Below, in pieces: positions 26,131-37,488 of a DNA stretch of 64,000 nt (within the stretch, counting starts at the first letter, position 1; each line of letters opens with the position of its first letter). The stretch is taken from positions 63,364,001 to 63,428,000 of the forward strand of contig OX597822.1 of NCBI GenBank assembly GCA_951406725.2, read 5' to 3'. The stretch is from Octopus vulgaris (taxonomy: Eukaryota). A program made the translations under genes and the position numbers. Below the pieces are notes generated by a model, which did not search any database, was not told the origin of the DNA, and saw only the letters and a program-made list of their open reading frames with translations.

Positions 26131-26434
26131 TGAACTTTTCTTGCATTAATGATATTCCAATAACAACAAAATTGAACTGAGGTAAATAAGCTGACTCGTT
26201 ACAAAAATTTTCGAATAACAACATGTCTGTATGTATACGAATGGTAGGCAGAAGGAAATTAATGAGCGCTTATCAAAAATTTTACACTTGTTAAAGAGTG
26301 AAATTAAATGGCGATAGAAACCGGAAGTGATGACGTTGACATCCCATAATTTCATTTAAAAATACAAAGAACCCCCTCATTACGTCATCCACAAGCACTT
26401 ACGTGTATAGTACGTTCTAGTGACATGTTAAGTA

Positions 26435-27000
26435 TTGGGTTGTCCGGAAAGTTCGTGCCGATTTATAGTAGCTTACCTTTCGACTTATTTTAGAACGTGG
26501 TTGAGTCCATAAAATAGGATTTGACTACACCTCCATTTAGAGTACAGTTTAAGCTATCTTTTAGTGGAAGAAGGTTTATGTTCCTATAACCTGTGTTAAT
26601 TGTGTAACCCTTTAAAATGGAAGATAAGAAAGTTCATTTTCGGCACTTGATGCTTTGGGAACCAGACAAAAATTGCTGCAGCTCGGCTGAGATGTGTTAC
26701 CCCACTCTCCATATTCACCAGATATTGCTCCTTTGGATTTCCTCTTATTCAGATCTCTGCAGAATAGTCTTAATGGTAAAAATTTCAATTCCTTGGATGA
26801 CGTAAAAAGATACCTTGATGAAATCTTTGCCATGAAACCACCTCAATTCTAGGAAGAGGGTATTTTCAAATTAAGGGAAAGATGGAAACGCATTGTGCAA
26901 CAAAATGGTTCATATTTGGTTGATTAAAAATGTAATAGCAAGTATTTATTGACCTTTTTCTTTCCTTTAAAAATCGGCACGATCTTTCCGGACAATCCAA
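26435..27000 (+). mobile_element. Internally deleted mariner (Tc1/mariner) transposon
   Basis: TA TSD; TIR TTGGGTTGTCCGGAAAGTTCGTGCCGATTT. N-terminus MEDKKVHFRHLMLWE lies directly next to an out-of-frame C-terminus LPHSPYSPDIAPLDFLLFRSLQNSL...LRERWKRIVQQNGSYLVD (YSPDLAP-type motif). Confidence 0.92.
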
Positions 27001-27113
27001 TATTTCAGAAGTAGCAGCTAAGGTACACCTGTTCCAATGTACTATACCCAAGAAGTGTGATTGGTTTTATCTTATATAAAATATACATACGGTTTTTATG
27101 TTTCTGTCAAATA

Positions 27114-27632
27114 CTAGACATAAGTTTCATAAACCACAAAATATAAATACCCACACTACCACACTTGAAACGTACCTGTTATACTATCTCGATTTGAATG
27201 TACGTGAAGTTATTTAGAATGCCCAAACTCATTTCTGCAAATGTGCTAAGCACTGATGCTGATCATAGTTTAATCAGTAAGCGCAGGAGCGAGGTAAATG
27301 CAGTAAAAATGGGCGGCAGTGGGGATCCCATTTAATTGGCCCTTCAGAAATCGAACCTCCTTACGATATTCCCTGGGAGTTCATGGTATGAAATTCATTG
27401 TCATTGCTTCGATTTGGTCGCCAATGCCATGTATTCTGTTTAAAATGCAGTAAAAACAGGGGGTCAGTGGGGCCCCAATTAGGCGGCCCTTAAAATAATA
27501 GACCCCTTAGGACATACCCTGGGATTAGGGGAGTTGCTGGTTTGAGTTTCGTCGTCCTTGTACCAATGGTCTAGGAGGAGTTCACGAACATAAAACCGTA
27601 ACAGAGAAACATTGCTGAAATTCATAATAGGA
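27114..27632 (-). mobile_element. Possible non-autonomous Helitron
   Basis: Minus strand begins a|TCCTATTATG and ends CTAG|t; an internal ~145-bp direct duplication is present. The 3' hairpin is not clear. Confidence 0.35.
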
Positions 27633-28719
27633 TATATGTACGTTCTATATATTGGTTATGTCATAGTTTACATGAAATTGCGGGATGTCACTATCAACAC
27701 TTCCGGTTTCTATCGGAATTTGCTTTCATCAATTTTAGGACTGTTCACTTTTACTTGTTTACGGCCGTATACTGCACGTTATCCACTTTGTACGCTTCTC
27801 CTGTGGGGAACAGACATGACTGAATTAGCTTTCGCTTATAAAATGGTGCCGTTTACGATCTCTTGCTAACCGGACCCACCTTGAGTTGGTTTCAGCTGCC
27901 ATAGCTATGTTTTTTTATAGTACATTTTATTTTTATCACAAAACTTCAGCATTCCTACCCAAGTAACTTTCAGAAAAAATTGATATTTTTAAATGAAATT
28001 CTCTAAAAACACTTTTCAGATGGCATAGATTTCGATTATATCGGAATTTGAGGTGAAAAATGTTTTTCGATGGGACAAAGAGGAGTTTCGGATATCTCAC
28101 TCGAGTCTATTTTGTTTCTCCATAACTTTCAGTTTCCGTCTACCAAATCCGCTTAAGGTTTTGGTCGGCTCTACTTTCACTTTCGTCAATCTTTAGCTCT
28201 TATGTTGGTTTTCCAGTCGGTGATGAATTTTTTTTTTTTAATTTGTATTTTGTGTTTTTAATGGGGTAATATTTTTGCGTGCAGTGAAAATGTGTTGTTG
28301 GCAGTGACGATTTTCGAGTTATTTTGCTTTGGGAATTTTTCCTTATATTTTAGGTTAGCAAAAACAACACGAAAATGAACAACAAATTCTAAGCGATCTG
28401 ATTACAATCATCCTCTCCTGAGAGTTCACATTAAAACCTTAAATACTGGAATAAATCGGGTAGTGAACGGATTGAACAAATATTTATGGGCGTAGTTTTG
28501 GAATAACTGTCCCCTCGATGTCCTGTATCTCATGGGAAAGGAAAAAGATGTAGAAATTTGGGGAGACGTAAAAGCAAATTGATATTTGGAGGGGGCTTTT
28601 TGTCTTTTTTCTTCAGAATCGTAATTTCTGTTCTATGAAAAATTGGAATACTGCTAAAAATCAAAAGCTATTCATAATTCCTCACAAATATGTTTGTGTG
28701 TGTGTGTTTATGAATTTGT

Positions 28720-29059
28720 GTTGCAAGATTCCTGATATGAAACCGTGTGTTGAAACATTGTTGTATTTCGGGATGGTCTTTTTTTTTTAAAAATAAACAC
28801 ACACACTATGTATTCGTTCTTCACTTGTTTATTACTGTTCTTATTCTAACTCCTGCCATTGTCCAGAAATCTTTCGTTACACATCTGTGACCGCTTCAGC
28901 ACGAAGATGGAAAGTGTCGCTGAAGAGGTCACATATGTGTGACGAAAGATTTCCGAACAATGGCAGGAGTTAGACTAAGGACAATAATAAACGAGTGAAG
29001 AACGAATATATAGTGCATGTGCTTATTTGGCAAAAAAATGACCATCCCGAAATACAACA
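28720..29059. mobile_element. Fold-back element (Penelope-like inverted fragment) with hammerhead-like motif
   Basis: Diverged inverted arms at 28759-28900 and 28919-29059 with an 18-nt loop; (TG)n on both sides. Confidence 0.75.
28915..28959 (+). ncRNA. Hammerhead-ribozyme-like motif (type I, minimal stem III)
   Basis: CTGAAGA (28920-28926), stem II GTCACA-tatg-TGTGAC, GAAA (28944-28947), then GATTTC; stem I TGTCG/CGA(A)CA. Confidence 0.55.
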
Positions 29060-29060
29060 T

Positions 29061-29090
<30 letters not shown>

Positions 29091-29095
<5 letters not shown>

Positions 29096-30170
29096 CAAAA
29101 ATGGGTCAAGAACGCAAAACATCCAGACAGTTAAGTGAAGTAAACAAGGAAAACAAAATATCCAGACAATGGATCATTCGGAGTTTTCTATCCTCAGTCG
29201 AGTTCCAGATTATCTTTGCAATTTCGGCTGGTTATACTCGAGATTGTTCCAATCTGGCCAGCCCCAAGGAAAAGTAAGTCAAGAGCATTACATTTCTTGG
29301 GAGAAAGCAGCGAATGTATACGAAACAAGGACGAAAAAAAAATCAGAAATGTTACACAAATACAAATGCAATTAACAGGACATAACATGTGTCTTTCGAC
29401 TAAGGACAAATTAAATTAAGCTGGCGTGTGTGGAAGTAAAGCCTTACGACAGGGACATAAAATTTAACAAGCACAAGAAGGAATATAGATGTTGCACGGA
29501 CAGTAGTCCAACCAAGAAAGAAAGGTCAGGCCTGGCTGAACACCGGTCGCGTGAGGAGAGAAGAGAGAGAGAGAGAGGTAGAGGCACGGGGATAGAAGAA
29601 TTAAGGAGGGGTGAGAGAAAATGAAAGAGACACAGTGAAGTGAAAGAGGGAAAGTGAGCATGAAGAGAAGGCCAGGAAATGTGAGAGAGGGGGAACGAAA
29701 GACGAAATGTGAAAGGGCTGAAAGAAAGAAGGAAAGAATACAAAGAACAATTGAGTCGTACAAAATTTAGATATTTATACTTACATATAAGAGACCAAAG
29801 TGTACGTACGCCGCTATATTTTATATATAAAAAATACAAAAATGGGTCAAGAATACAAAACATCCAGACAGGTGAAACAAAAAAAAAAGGAAAAACAAAA
29901 TAGCCAGACAGTCGATAAAAGGAAAACAAGAACGGATCATTCGGAGTTTTCTATCCTCAGTCGAGTTCCAGATTATCTTTGCAATTTCGGCTGGTTATAC
30001 TCGAGATTGCTCCAATTTGGCCAGCTCCAAGGAAAAACTAAGCTAAGAGCATTACATTCCTTGGAAGAAAGCAGCGAATGTATATGGAACAAGGACGGAA
30101 AAAAAATCAGAAATGTTACATAAATGCAAATGCAATTAACAGGACATAACAACAGGTGTCTTTCAACTTG
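29091..30170 (-). mobile_element. Repeat-spacer-repeat element homologous to the 777-bp tandem unit
   Basis: Direct repeats at ~29091-29410 and ~29834-30170 (period ~740). The reverse complement shares GTATACATTCG..GCTTTCT, TAATGC.CTTG.CTTA, GGGCTGGCCA, GACTGA.GA, CGAATG, GTCGAAAGAC and TACGACTC with the 5843 unit. Confidence 0.8.
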
Positions 30171-30389
30171 GATCATTTAAACCATAAGCCAAAATATCTT
30201 GCATGCACGCGAACAAATTTCTTATCTTCGCTGGCAGGTAAACATAAAAGAGTAGCTACTGGCTGTCAAACTAATTTGTTCTATAAATTTTACATTTCAT
30301 GTACGGTAGTAAACATCTTAAATTTCTTTTTTATTTAACTTCTATTCATCTCAATAGATATAACAGCTACAACTAAAAAGACTTGTCAG

Positions 30390-30545
30390 TCAGCTTCATG
30401 GCCCCAACGGACAAAATGGAAAAGGCGTTTGCTCCGGAGAATGGCAGTGGCGACGCGCTGGAACAGCCGCTCCAACTCACGGCCTCGTATTTGCGGATAG
30501 CCATCTCTGCTCCGACAAGCAGTGAGCAGGGCCATGTACACTGGA
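30390..30545 (-). pseudogene. Relic of the C-terminus of a restriction-like-endonuclease non-LTR retrotransposon (CRE-like)
   Basis: With two frameshifts it reads LLVGAEMAIRKYE/GRELERLFQRVATAILR/ANAFSILS, resembling the ..R.E..xLFQRxSxAxQRGNAxSxL motif. Confidence 0.4.
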
Positions 30546-31091
30546 GGTCTTCAATGTCACCGGCTGTTCTGTAAATGAAAATATGATTTTCATTTAAATA
30601 TATGTAGCTTCGTTTATCACTGATTCATTCATCACTGATCCAGAACAAATCAGTACGCTCAAATGTGAACCATGTGTCACCTATCATACATTGATCTGTG
30701 ATAACACGGATCAGCGATCAGTCAAAGACTGTTTGCACTGACTATTGCATGTGTTTATATCACCGTAGAGCGAGTTTGCTTATATTTAAACGGATTTATG
30801 TCCTCGAGCCCCAAAACATGGGACCAGTGACAAAAAAAAAATACGAAAGCGTTTGATCCTAACAAGCAACACAGACGATTGTTTTCTCTATAGGAAAATG
30901 TAAAGATGATGAAGAAAATACGTGACGTTGGAGCTTCTCTGCTGCGGGCCGCGAGTTTGGTGTCAATGAATCTACCATTTGTTCTATTTACAAAGTGTAT
31001 GGAGGTGTTTCATTTATCAGGGTTTTTTAAAAAACCAAACCCCAATGAAAACCGAGAATAGACATAATATGTAATTTCATGTTGCATCATA

Positions 31092-31480
31092 TAGGCGCAG
31101 GAGTGGCTGTGTGGTAAGTAGCTTGCTAACCAACCACATGGTTCCGGGTTCAGTCCCACTGCGTGGCATCTTGGGCAAGTGTCTTCTGCTACAGCCCCGG
31201 GCCGACCAATGCCTTGTGAGTGAATTTGGTAGACGGAAACTGAAAGAAGCCTGTCGTATATATGTATATATATGTATATGTGTGTGTGTTTGTGTGTCTG
31301 TGTTTGTCCCCCCAATATCGCTTGACAACCGATGCTGGTGTATTTACGTCCCCGTCACTTAGCGATAGAATAAGTACTGGGCTTAAAAAGAATAAGTCCC
31401 GGGGCCGATTTGCTCGACTAAAGGCGGTGCTCCAGCATGGCCGCAGTCAAATGACTGAAACAAGTAAAAGAGTTAAAGAG
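31092..31480 (+). mobile_element. SINE family S1
   Basis: Head and tail intact, with a small internal deletion. Confidence 0.9.
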
Positions 31481-31668
31481 TATATCAAATTTTACGCTTC
31501 TAGTTTTGTTTCCATTGCTTTTCTTTCCTATTGTACTGTCATCATCAACTTGTTTTCGTTTACTTTCCCGTTTATTATTTATTTATTTATTTTTGGTGTG
31601 TGTGGTTCCTAAAATAAGATTTAATCAGCTAAGTTATTGTTGTGTTGACGTCTTTTCACGTGTGCATA

Positions 31669-32160
31669 CCGTAAATCCTCGAGTATAGTCCGCCCTTGAG
31701 TATAATACACAGGGGATTTTTAGGGAGTTGTACCATTGAAAATCCTAAACCTTGTGTATAATACGCACCCCTTCTCTAACTTGAGTCAAGGAGGTCTATA
31801 TAACGTCCTTGGTTTGTAAAAATGTATACGGTAACGTCCTTTATTATCATTGTATATATAACATAATGCATTTTGTTTGCAGAAAATAAAGAAATAACAG
31901 TAATAACGTTTAATAAATGTTGCTTACTGCAAGTTATGGATGATTCTTTTATGACTTCATTGCTTTCAGGCTTAGCTTAAGGTATTTTCACGCCCTACAT
32001 CACAAAATGCGTCTGAAAAAAACATTGTTGGACAGCAAATAGAGACTCGGACATTGCTTAGAAAATATTTTTCATTTTTAACCTCGTATATAGTACGCAC
32101 TAGGGATTTTTACCTTTAAATTTTGGGGAAAAAATGCGGATTATACTCGAGGATTTACGG
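31669..32160. mobile_element. Tc2/pogo-like MITE
   Basis: TA TSD; TIR CCGTAAATCCTCGAGTATA(G/A)TCCGC at both ends. Confidence 0.88.
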
Positions 32161-32618
32161 TAAACTAAAATGTATCGAACTGGCAAGCTTTTTTGTTTAA
32201 AAACATTTTCTAGTTTGGACTTGCAAAAATCCTGGATTCTCGGCAATGCTAATTGCGATAGAGCGGAATTTATTATGTAACTGGCATATATCTTTTGTAT
32301 GCCAGGGGGATAAAGACGAATTCGATTCGACCTGAGTTGGATGTAAGCAAGGGAAGCAAATCTAGAATAATTTTCCTAAACATCGGTTTTGTACAGGAAA
32401 ATTATGTAACGTTCACAACAGTGGTCACATGGCAATTTTCTTTTGGGAAAGTTCTGTGTGTGCGCGCGCGTGTAGAAATATTACGTCATGACATCACGTG
32501 CTCCTAACTACTTCACGCTTTAGTTCTGTGGTTCTTAACCTTGACGATAGTGCTTCCATACCAAGGGATTGCGCTCCATTGACATAACTCTCTAGATCAG
32601 TGCTACTCAAAGTGGTGG

Positions 32619-33144
32619 GGCAAGATTTCTGCCCGTCTCCCCACCCAAAAACCACCCTTAAATTTTTTTTCGATACACCCCCCACTTTCGGCTATGGGGG
32701 ATACGAATCTGCAAAAAAATTGGCAAAAATCGACATTTCTAAATTAAACACCCCCCATCCCCATTTCCTTCATTTAAATTTTTTTCAAAATATGCGGAAA
32801 AATACGGAGATTATGATTCTGAAAATTGCCAAAAATCTTTGTAAAATTTTTTAAAGATTTTTTTTTTCTAAATATGCGGAAAAATACAGACACCATGATT
32901 CGGATAAAAATTTCAGATCATTTCTGTACTTACGGTTAGTTTTAAGGTTAGGATTAGGGTTAGTGTTGGGGAAAAAAGTCAAAACTGAAGAAGTTGGGGG
33001 AAGGGGGAGAATTTCACAATGCCGATTTTTGGCAATTTTCCGGAACCTCCGTATCCGAAAACGGGGATTTTTGGCAAAAGAAAAAAAATTACAAATTAAA
33101 CAAATTAGGGAGAAAATGGGGTGGGGACAGGCGGAAGTCTTTCC
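32619..33144. mobile_element. MITE with GG-starting degenerate TIRs and internal GGTTAG tract
   Basis: GGCAAGATTTCTGCCCGTCTCCCCACCC pairs with GGGGTGGGGACAGGCGGAAGTCTTTCC; telomere-like tract at 32934-32963. It follows a hAT-like end CAGTGCTACTCAAAGTGG. Confidence 0.6.
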
Positions 33145-34894
33145 AAACAAATTTTTTTTGTTAAAAGGATTTGGGGTCGGGGTACAAAAGGAAGTCTTGG
33201 CAAGGTATAAGCGGCAACGTTTATAGTGGTGGAATGTGAATACAGAGCTTGAGCAGATATAAGTTTCAAATTTTGGCAGAAGGCCAGTAATTTCGGGGTT
33301 AAATCGATCACATCGACCCAAGTGCTCAGCAGGTAATTATTTTATTAACCCCGAAAAGATGAAAGGCAAAAATCTACTTAGGCAACATTTGAACTCGGAA
33401 CATAAGGACAGGCAAAATGTCAAACCCTTTTCTTGGAAGTACGAAACCGCATCCTCCTGTGGTGCGTGATTTAAGGCCTCTTTGGCTGCTGTTTTTAGCA
33501 CATATGACAACCATCTCAATAACTTGAACACGTGCTTTCTCGCAGACAAAATATTTCTCATGTTCGGCTTGTTACTATCGAAACAGACATGAATGTGTCT
33601 GTGGCTTACGATTGGCTAAAATTACCCAAAATTTTCAAACTTTGATAGCTAATAACTATTTATTTATTTAATGCGAAAATTATTTTTATAGTATTGATTA
33701 GTCTACAAAAGTGTATCATTACACTGAATATGAAATCAGTTCGATCAGAAATTGACGCTGGCAGCCAAACAGAAAAGAATCCTAACGATTCTGTCTGCTC
33801 GCCATCTTAAGAGCTGAAACAGATGTTACTAAGAATTCTATTCTATTCGATACACAAGAGTGTTTAATTATTCGCTGCCTTAATATGTGAATTAGTCAAA
33901 GGCGGCGAGCTGGCAGAATCGTTACCACGCCGGACAAAAAGATTAACGACATTTCGTTCGTCTTTACATTCTGAGTTCAAATTCTGCCGAAGTTCGAGCT
34001 CGCTTTTCATCCTTACGGGGTCGATTAAATAAGTACCAATTGATCACTGGAGTCGATGTAATCGACTTACCCATTCCCCCAAAATGCTGTGGCCTTGTGC
34101 CAAAATTTAATAACTAATTTAAATAATGGTTTCAAAACATTAATTACCTAATTAAAAAAAAAAAATTATGAAGTGAGAAAACGACAGCATTAGCCTAATG
34201 ACTAATAAGTGTTTTAATAATTTCGACAAATAAGAGATACAACTCCTAATATGTTTCGGTCTCCTTGGACCTTTTCAGCAAATCGTACACTTTACCTGAC
34301 TGGATGATGAAAGATACACTTCTTTCAGTAATTGAATTGCAGCCATGCTGGGGGCCACTATTCTGAAGGGTTTTAGTCGAACAGACCGTCCCCATTACTT
34401 ATTTTGAAATTTCTTACTTATTCTATCGGTTGTTTTTGCTGAGCCACTAAGTCACCGGGAAGTAAACAAACCCACACCAGTTTTCAAGAGGTGATAGAGG
34501 ACAACCACAAGCACAATCTTAAAAATTAAGGACCGCAATCTAATGACTAAAGCAATAAAAAGTGAAAAGGTTTTTGTAATTCATGAGAACATAGTGAATT
34601 CAATACCTGGTGTAACTAAACAAGGAAATCAATGAAACAATGAAAAATAAGTTGGATGATTTCTTTGCGCTTGAAAAAAATATACATTATCAAAAATATT
34701 AAGATTTGTGTTACGATTATCTTTTTATCTTTTACCGTTTTTCCTTGTTTCAGAACACTATTTGACAATTTTTAAATGCTGTACTACCCGCTTCCCCATT
34801 CTATTTTTCAGTCATTAAATGCTGTTAATACTTCATCCCAAAAAAAAAAAAGCTAATATCGCAGCACTCGGGCATTCGGAGTATTTATATATAT

Positions 34895-35165
34895 ATAATT
34901 GAAAAATAGGATAAAATCTTTATAAGAATTTATCAAGTAGTTAGCGTGAAAAACCTCATAAGGGAAAAATTTATTTAAGTATTCCTTTTAAATAGATTTA
35001 TATATACATTAAGGGCATTACTATACATAAATGCCTCACACTAGGAGGGACTCTTAAAGTCAAAACTACCATAATAAACCTAATCGGTGTTTATTATGGT
35101 AGTTTTGACTTTAAGAGTCATCCTAGCGTGAAGTATTTATGTATAGTAATGCCCTTAATATAAAT
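34895..35165. mobile_element. Fold-back element without a recognisable ribozyme core
   Basis: Inverted arms at 35008-35079 and 35089-35159, an unpaired tail, and TA-rich flanks. Confidence 0.65.
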
Positions 35166-35799
35166 AAATATATATAAATTATGCAAATAAGGAAAAACTT
35201 ATTCAATTTTCTCGTGATAACCCTCTATCCTTTTCTCTAAGATAGTGTGTAATAGATCGAGTATTTTCTTTATTTTCATAATCGGTTAACATTCTGCCAG
35301 CTCGCCAATAGTTTTCTTTGTGCTGCCCAGATTTTTCTGTATGAAGGGAAGTAACTCAACCTGTAAACCCTTGTTAACAATCGTTATTAAAATTGTCTGC
35401 TTAATTTCCTTCAAATTATGATCTACAGGGGTTACATAGCAATTAAAAAAAAAAAGTTCAGTAATTAAACTTTTCATAAAAGTTAATAATTACTCTGTTA
35501 TTATTATAAGTTTGAGAGGGGAAAAAAAAAAGAAAATCGATGAGATTGTCATAGATCTTTCCATGAGAAAAAGAGACTCGCTCTTAATATCTAATATGCC
35601 TAGGTAGTTAATTTCCCCTACATTAAATTGTGATCGTATGAAATCTTTCTTTATGAACGAATTTACTTGTCTGTTTTATCCTCGGCAGCTGTGTATGATT
35701 CTACTATTTATCTCATTTACCAACATATATAAGCTCACGCTTGTATCAGAGGTACCACTCTTTTACAGTTGTGGAGAAAATATTTAGTTTGCTCCATCT

Positions 35800-36200
35800 C
35801 TTTTACTCTTTTACTTGTTTCAGTCATTTGACTGTGGCCATGCTGGAGCACCGCCTTTAGTCGAGAAAATCACCCCAGGACATTCTTTGTAAGCCTTGTT
35901 CTTATTCTATCAGTGTCTTTTGCCGAATCTCTAAGTTACAGGGATGTAAACACACCAGCATCGGTTGTCAAGAGATGTTGGAGGGATAAACACAGACACA
36001 AATGTATACACACACACATACATATATATACATAAACATATATACGATGGACTTCTTTCAGTTTCCATCTACCAAATCCACTCACACTGCTTTGGTCGGC
36101 TCGAGGCTATAGTAGAAGACACTTGCCCAAGGTGCCACGGAATGAACCCAGAACCATGTGGTTTGTAAGCAAGGTACTTACCACACTGCCACTCCTATGC
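35800..36200 (-). mobile_element. SINE family S1
   Basis: Reverse-complement match to S1. Confidence 0.85.
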
Positions 36201-36654
36201 ATCAAAGATATTTAGTCTTCTTTTTGTATGAGTTGGAGATTTGGTTCTGTGCATGTATACACAATATTGTGAGAGTATATTGAAATAAAATATGAAACTA
36301 TAAATTTACCATAAAGATGCTACGTTACAGGAGTACAATATTTCAACTGCATCCTCTTTCAGATCAACTGTATAGTTTACATTTTGGTCGAGACAATTGC
36401 CATACAGAATATAAAATTCGTGATTCTGGCTGTGATAAGCCACCAGGGTGGTGTACCACTGTTATGGTTTTAATTGTCATCTATTGATTGGAAATAGCTG
36501 ACAGGTAGATGAAAACTTTGCGTTCTTTTAATTTTACTGGTCATTGTCATCATAATCATCATTATCGTCATCATACTTGGCTAGCTCAAAGCTGTCAAAT
36601 TCTCTTTTAGTTAAGACTAACTTAAATTTTTTTTTTTTTATTTTCAGAATCAAT

Positions 36655-37488
36655 ATGAATATTGGAGTAATACTTCTGTTCTACCTGCTTGGTTTTCTCA
36701 GGTGTGAGGCATATAACCCTCATGATCGTTCTAAAGATTCTGGAAAAACCGTGGAAGAAACTGCAAAGAAAACATCAGGTCTGTTGACCACAATACTCAC
36801 GTCTCTTGTCTCAAACAAAGCACAACCAAAAATCGACCCTGACACCCATTACTTGAGAATAATTGAAGGAAATGTGAATAATTTCTTTCCTGGGAAATTA
36901 AAACCTACTCGCAATAACTGGTTTCAAATCCTACCTACACCAGTAGTCACCAATGACGTTTCTTTGAAAACTGTTGTTGGTTGTGTGATTGCTTCTCTTG
37001 GAGAACGTTTGATTAAACAGATTGAAAGTGAGGCCCATCATCATGGTCGACAAAAAGCTCGCTTGCAGTGGGCCAAACAGCGTCTTTCTGAATTCATTCA
37101 GTTTCTTCAAAGAGCAATATGTACATTCGAGTTAGTTGATAAAAATAAAAATTCCTACATCAACCATAGTGAATACACAACTTTTATGACTGTCATTCAG
37201 GACTATCTCCTTGCAGGGAAATATTTATACAAGCTTGCTGTTTCTGCATACCGACAAGTGGCTGATGACTTTCAAGATCGTGAATCACAGTTTTCTCTCT
37301 CTTGCAACCAAAATAACAAACACCATAACTGTTCTTCTGATGTTATTGGTATTCTTAAACAACTCCAGTGCTTTTCAAATTGCCGTGAAACAAATAACTG
37401 TCGGAATAAAATCACAAAACTGCGAAAAATGTTGCGCCGAGCAAAACACATGATCATCAACTCAACATTTAGATTAAAACATGAATAA
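36655..37488 (+). CDS. Uncharacterised secreted protein, 277 aa, single coding exon (signal peptide, EF-hand-like loop, Cys-rich basic C-terminus)
   Basis: Only long non-repeat ORF. Polypyrimidine acceptor TTTTCAG ends at 36647 and the ATG follows at 36655. Signal peptide MNIGVILLFYLLGFLRCEA; loop FELV-DKNKNSYINHSE-YTTF. An AT-rich repeat-free 3' region follows. Confidence 0.85.
   Translation: MNIGVILLFYLLGFLRCEAYNPHDRSKDSGKTVEETAKKTSGLLTTILTSLVSNKAQPKIDPDTHYLRIIEGNVNNFFPGKLKPTRNNWFQILPTPVVTNDVSLKTVVGCVIASLGERLIKQIESEAHHHGRQKARLQWAKQRLSEFIQFLQRAICTFELVDKNKNSYINHSEYTTFMTVIQDYLLAGKYLYKLAVSAYRQVADDFQDRESQFSLSCNQNNKHHNCSSDVIGILKQLQCFSNCRETNNCRNKITKLRKMLRRAKHMIINSTFRLKHE

Noticed and set aside
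36577-36654. N-terminal extension of the 303-aa ORF in the track
   Set aside because: It starts at TTG and runs through a polypyrimidine tract and acceptor. The true start is most likely the ATG at 36655, before the signal peptide.
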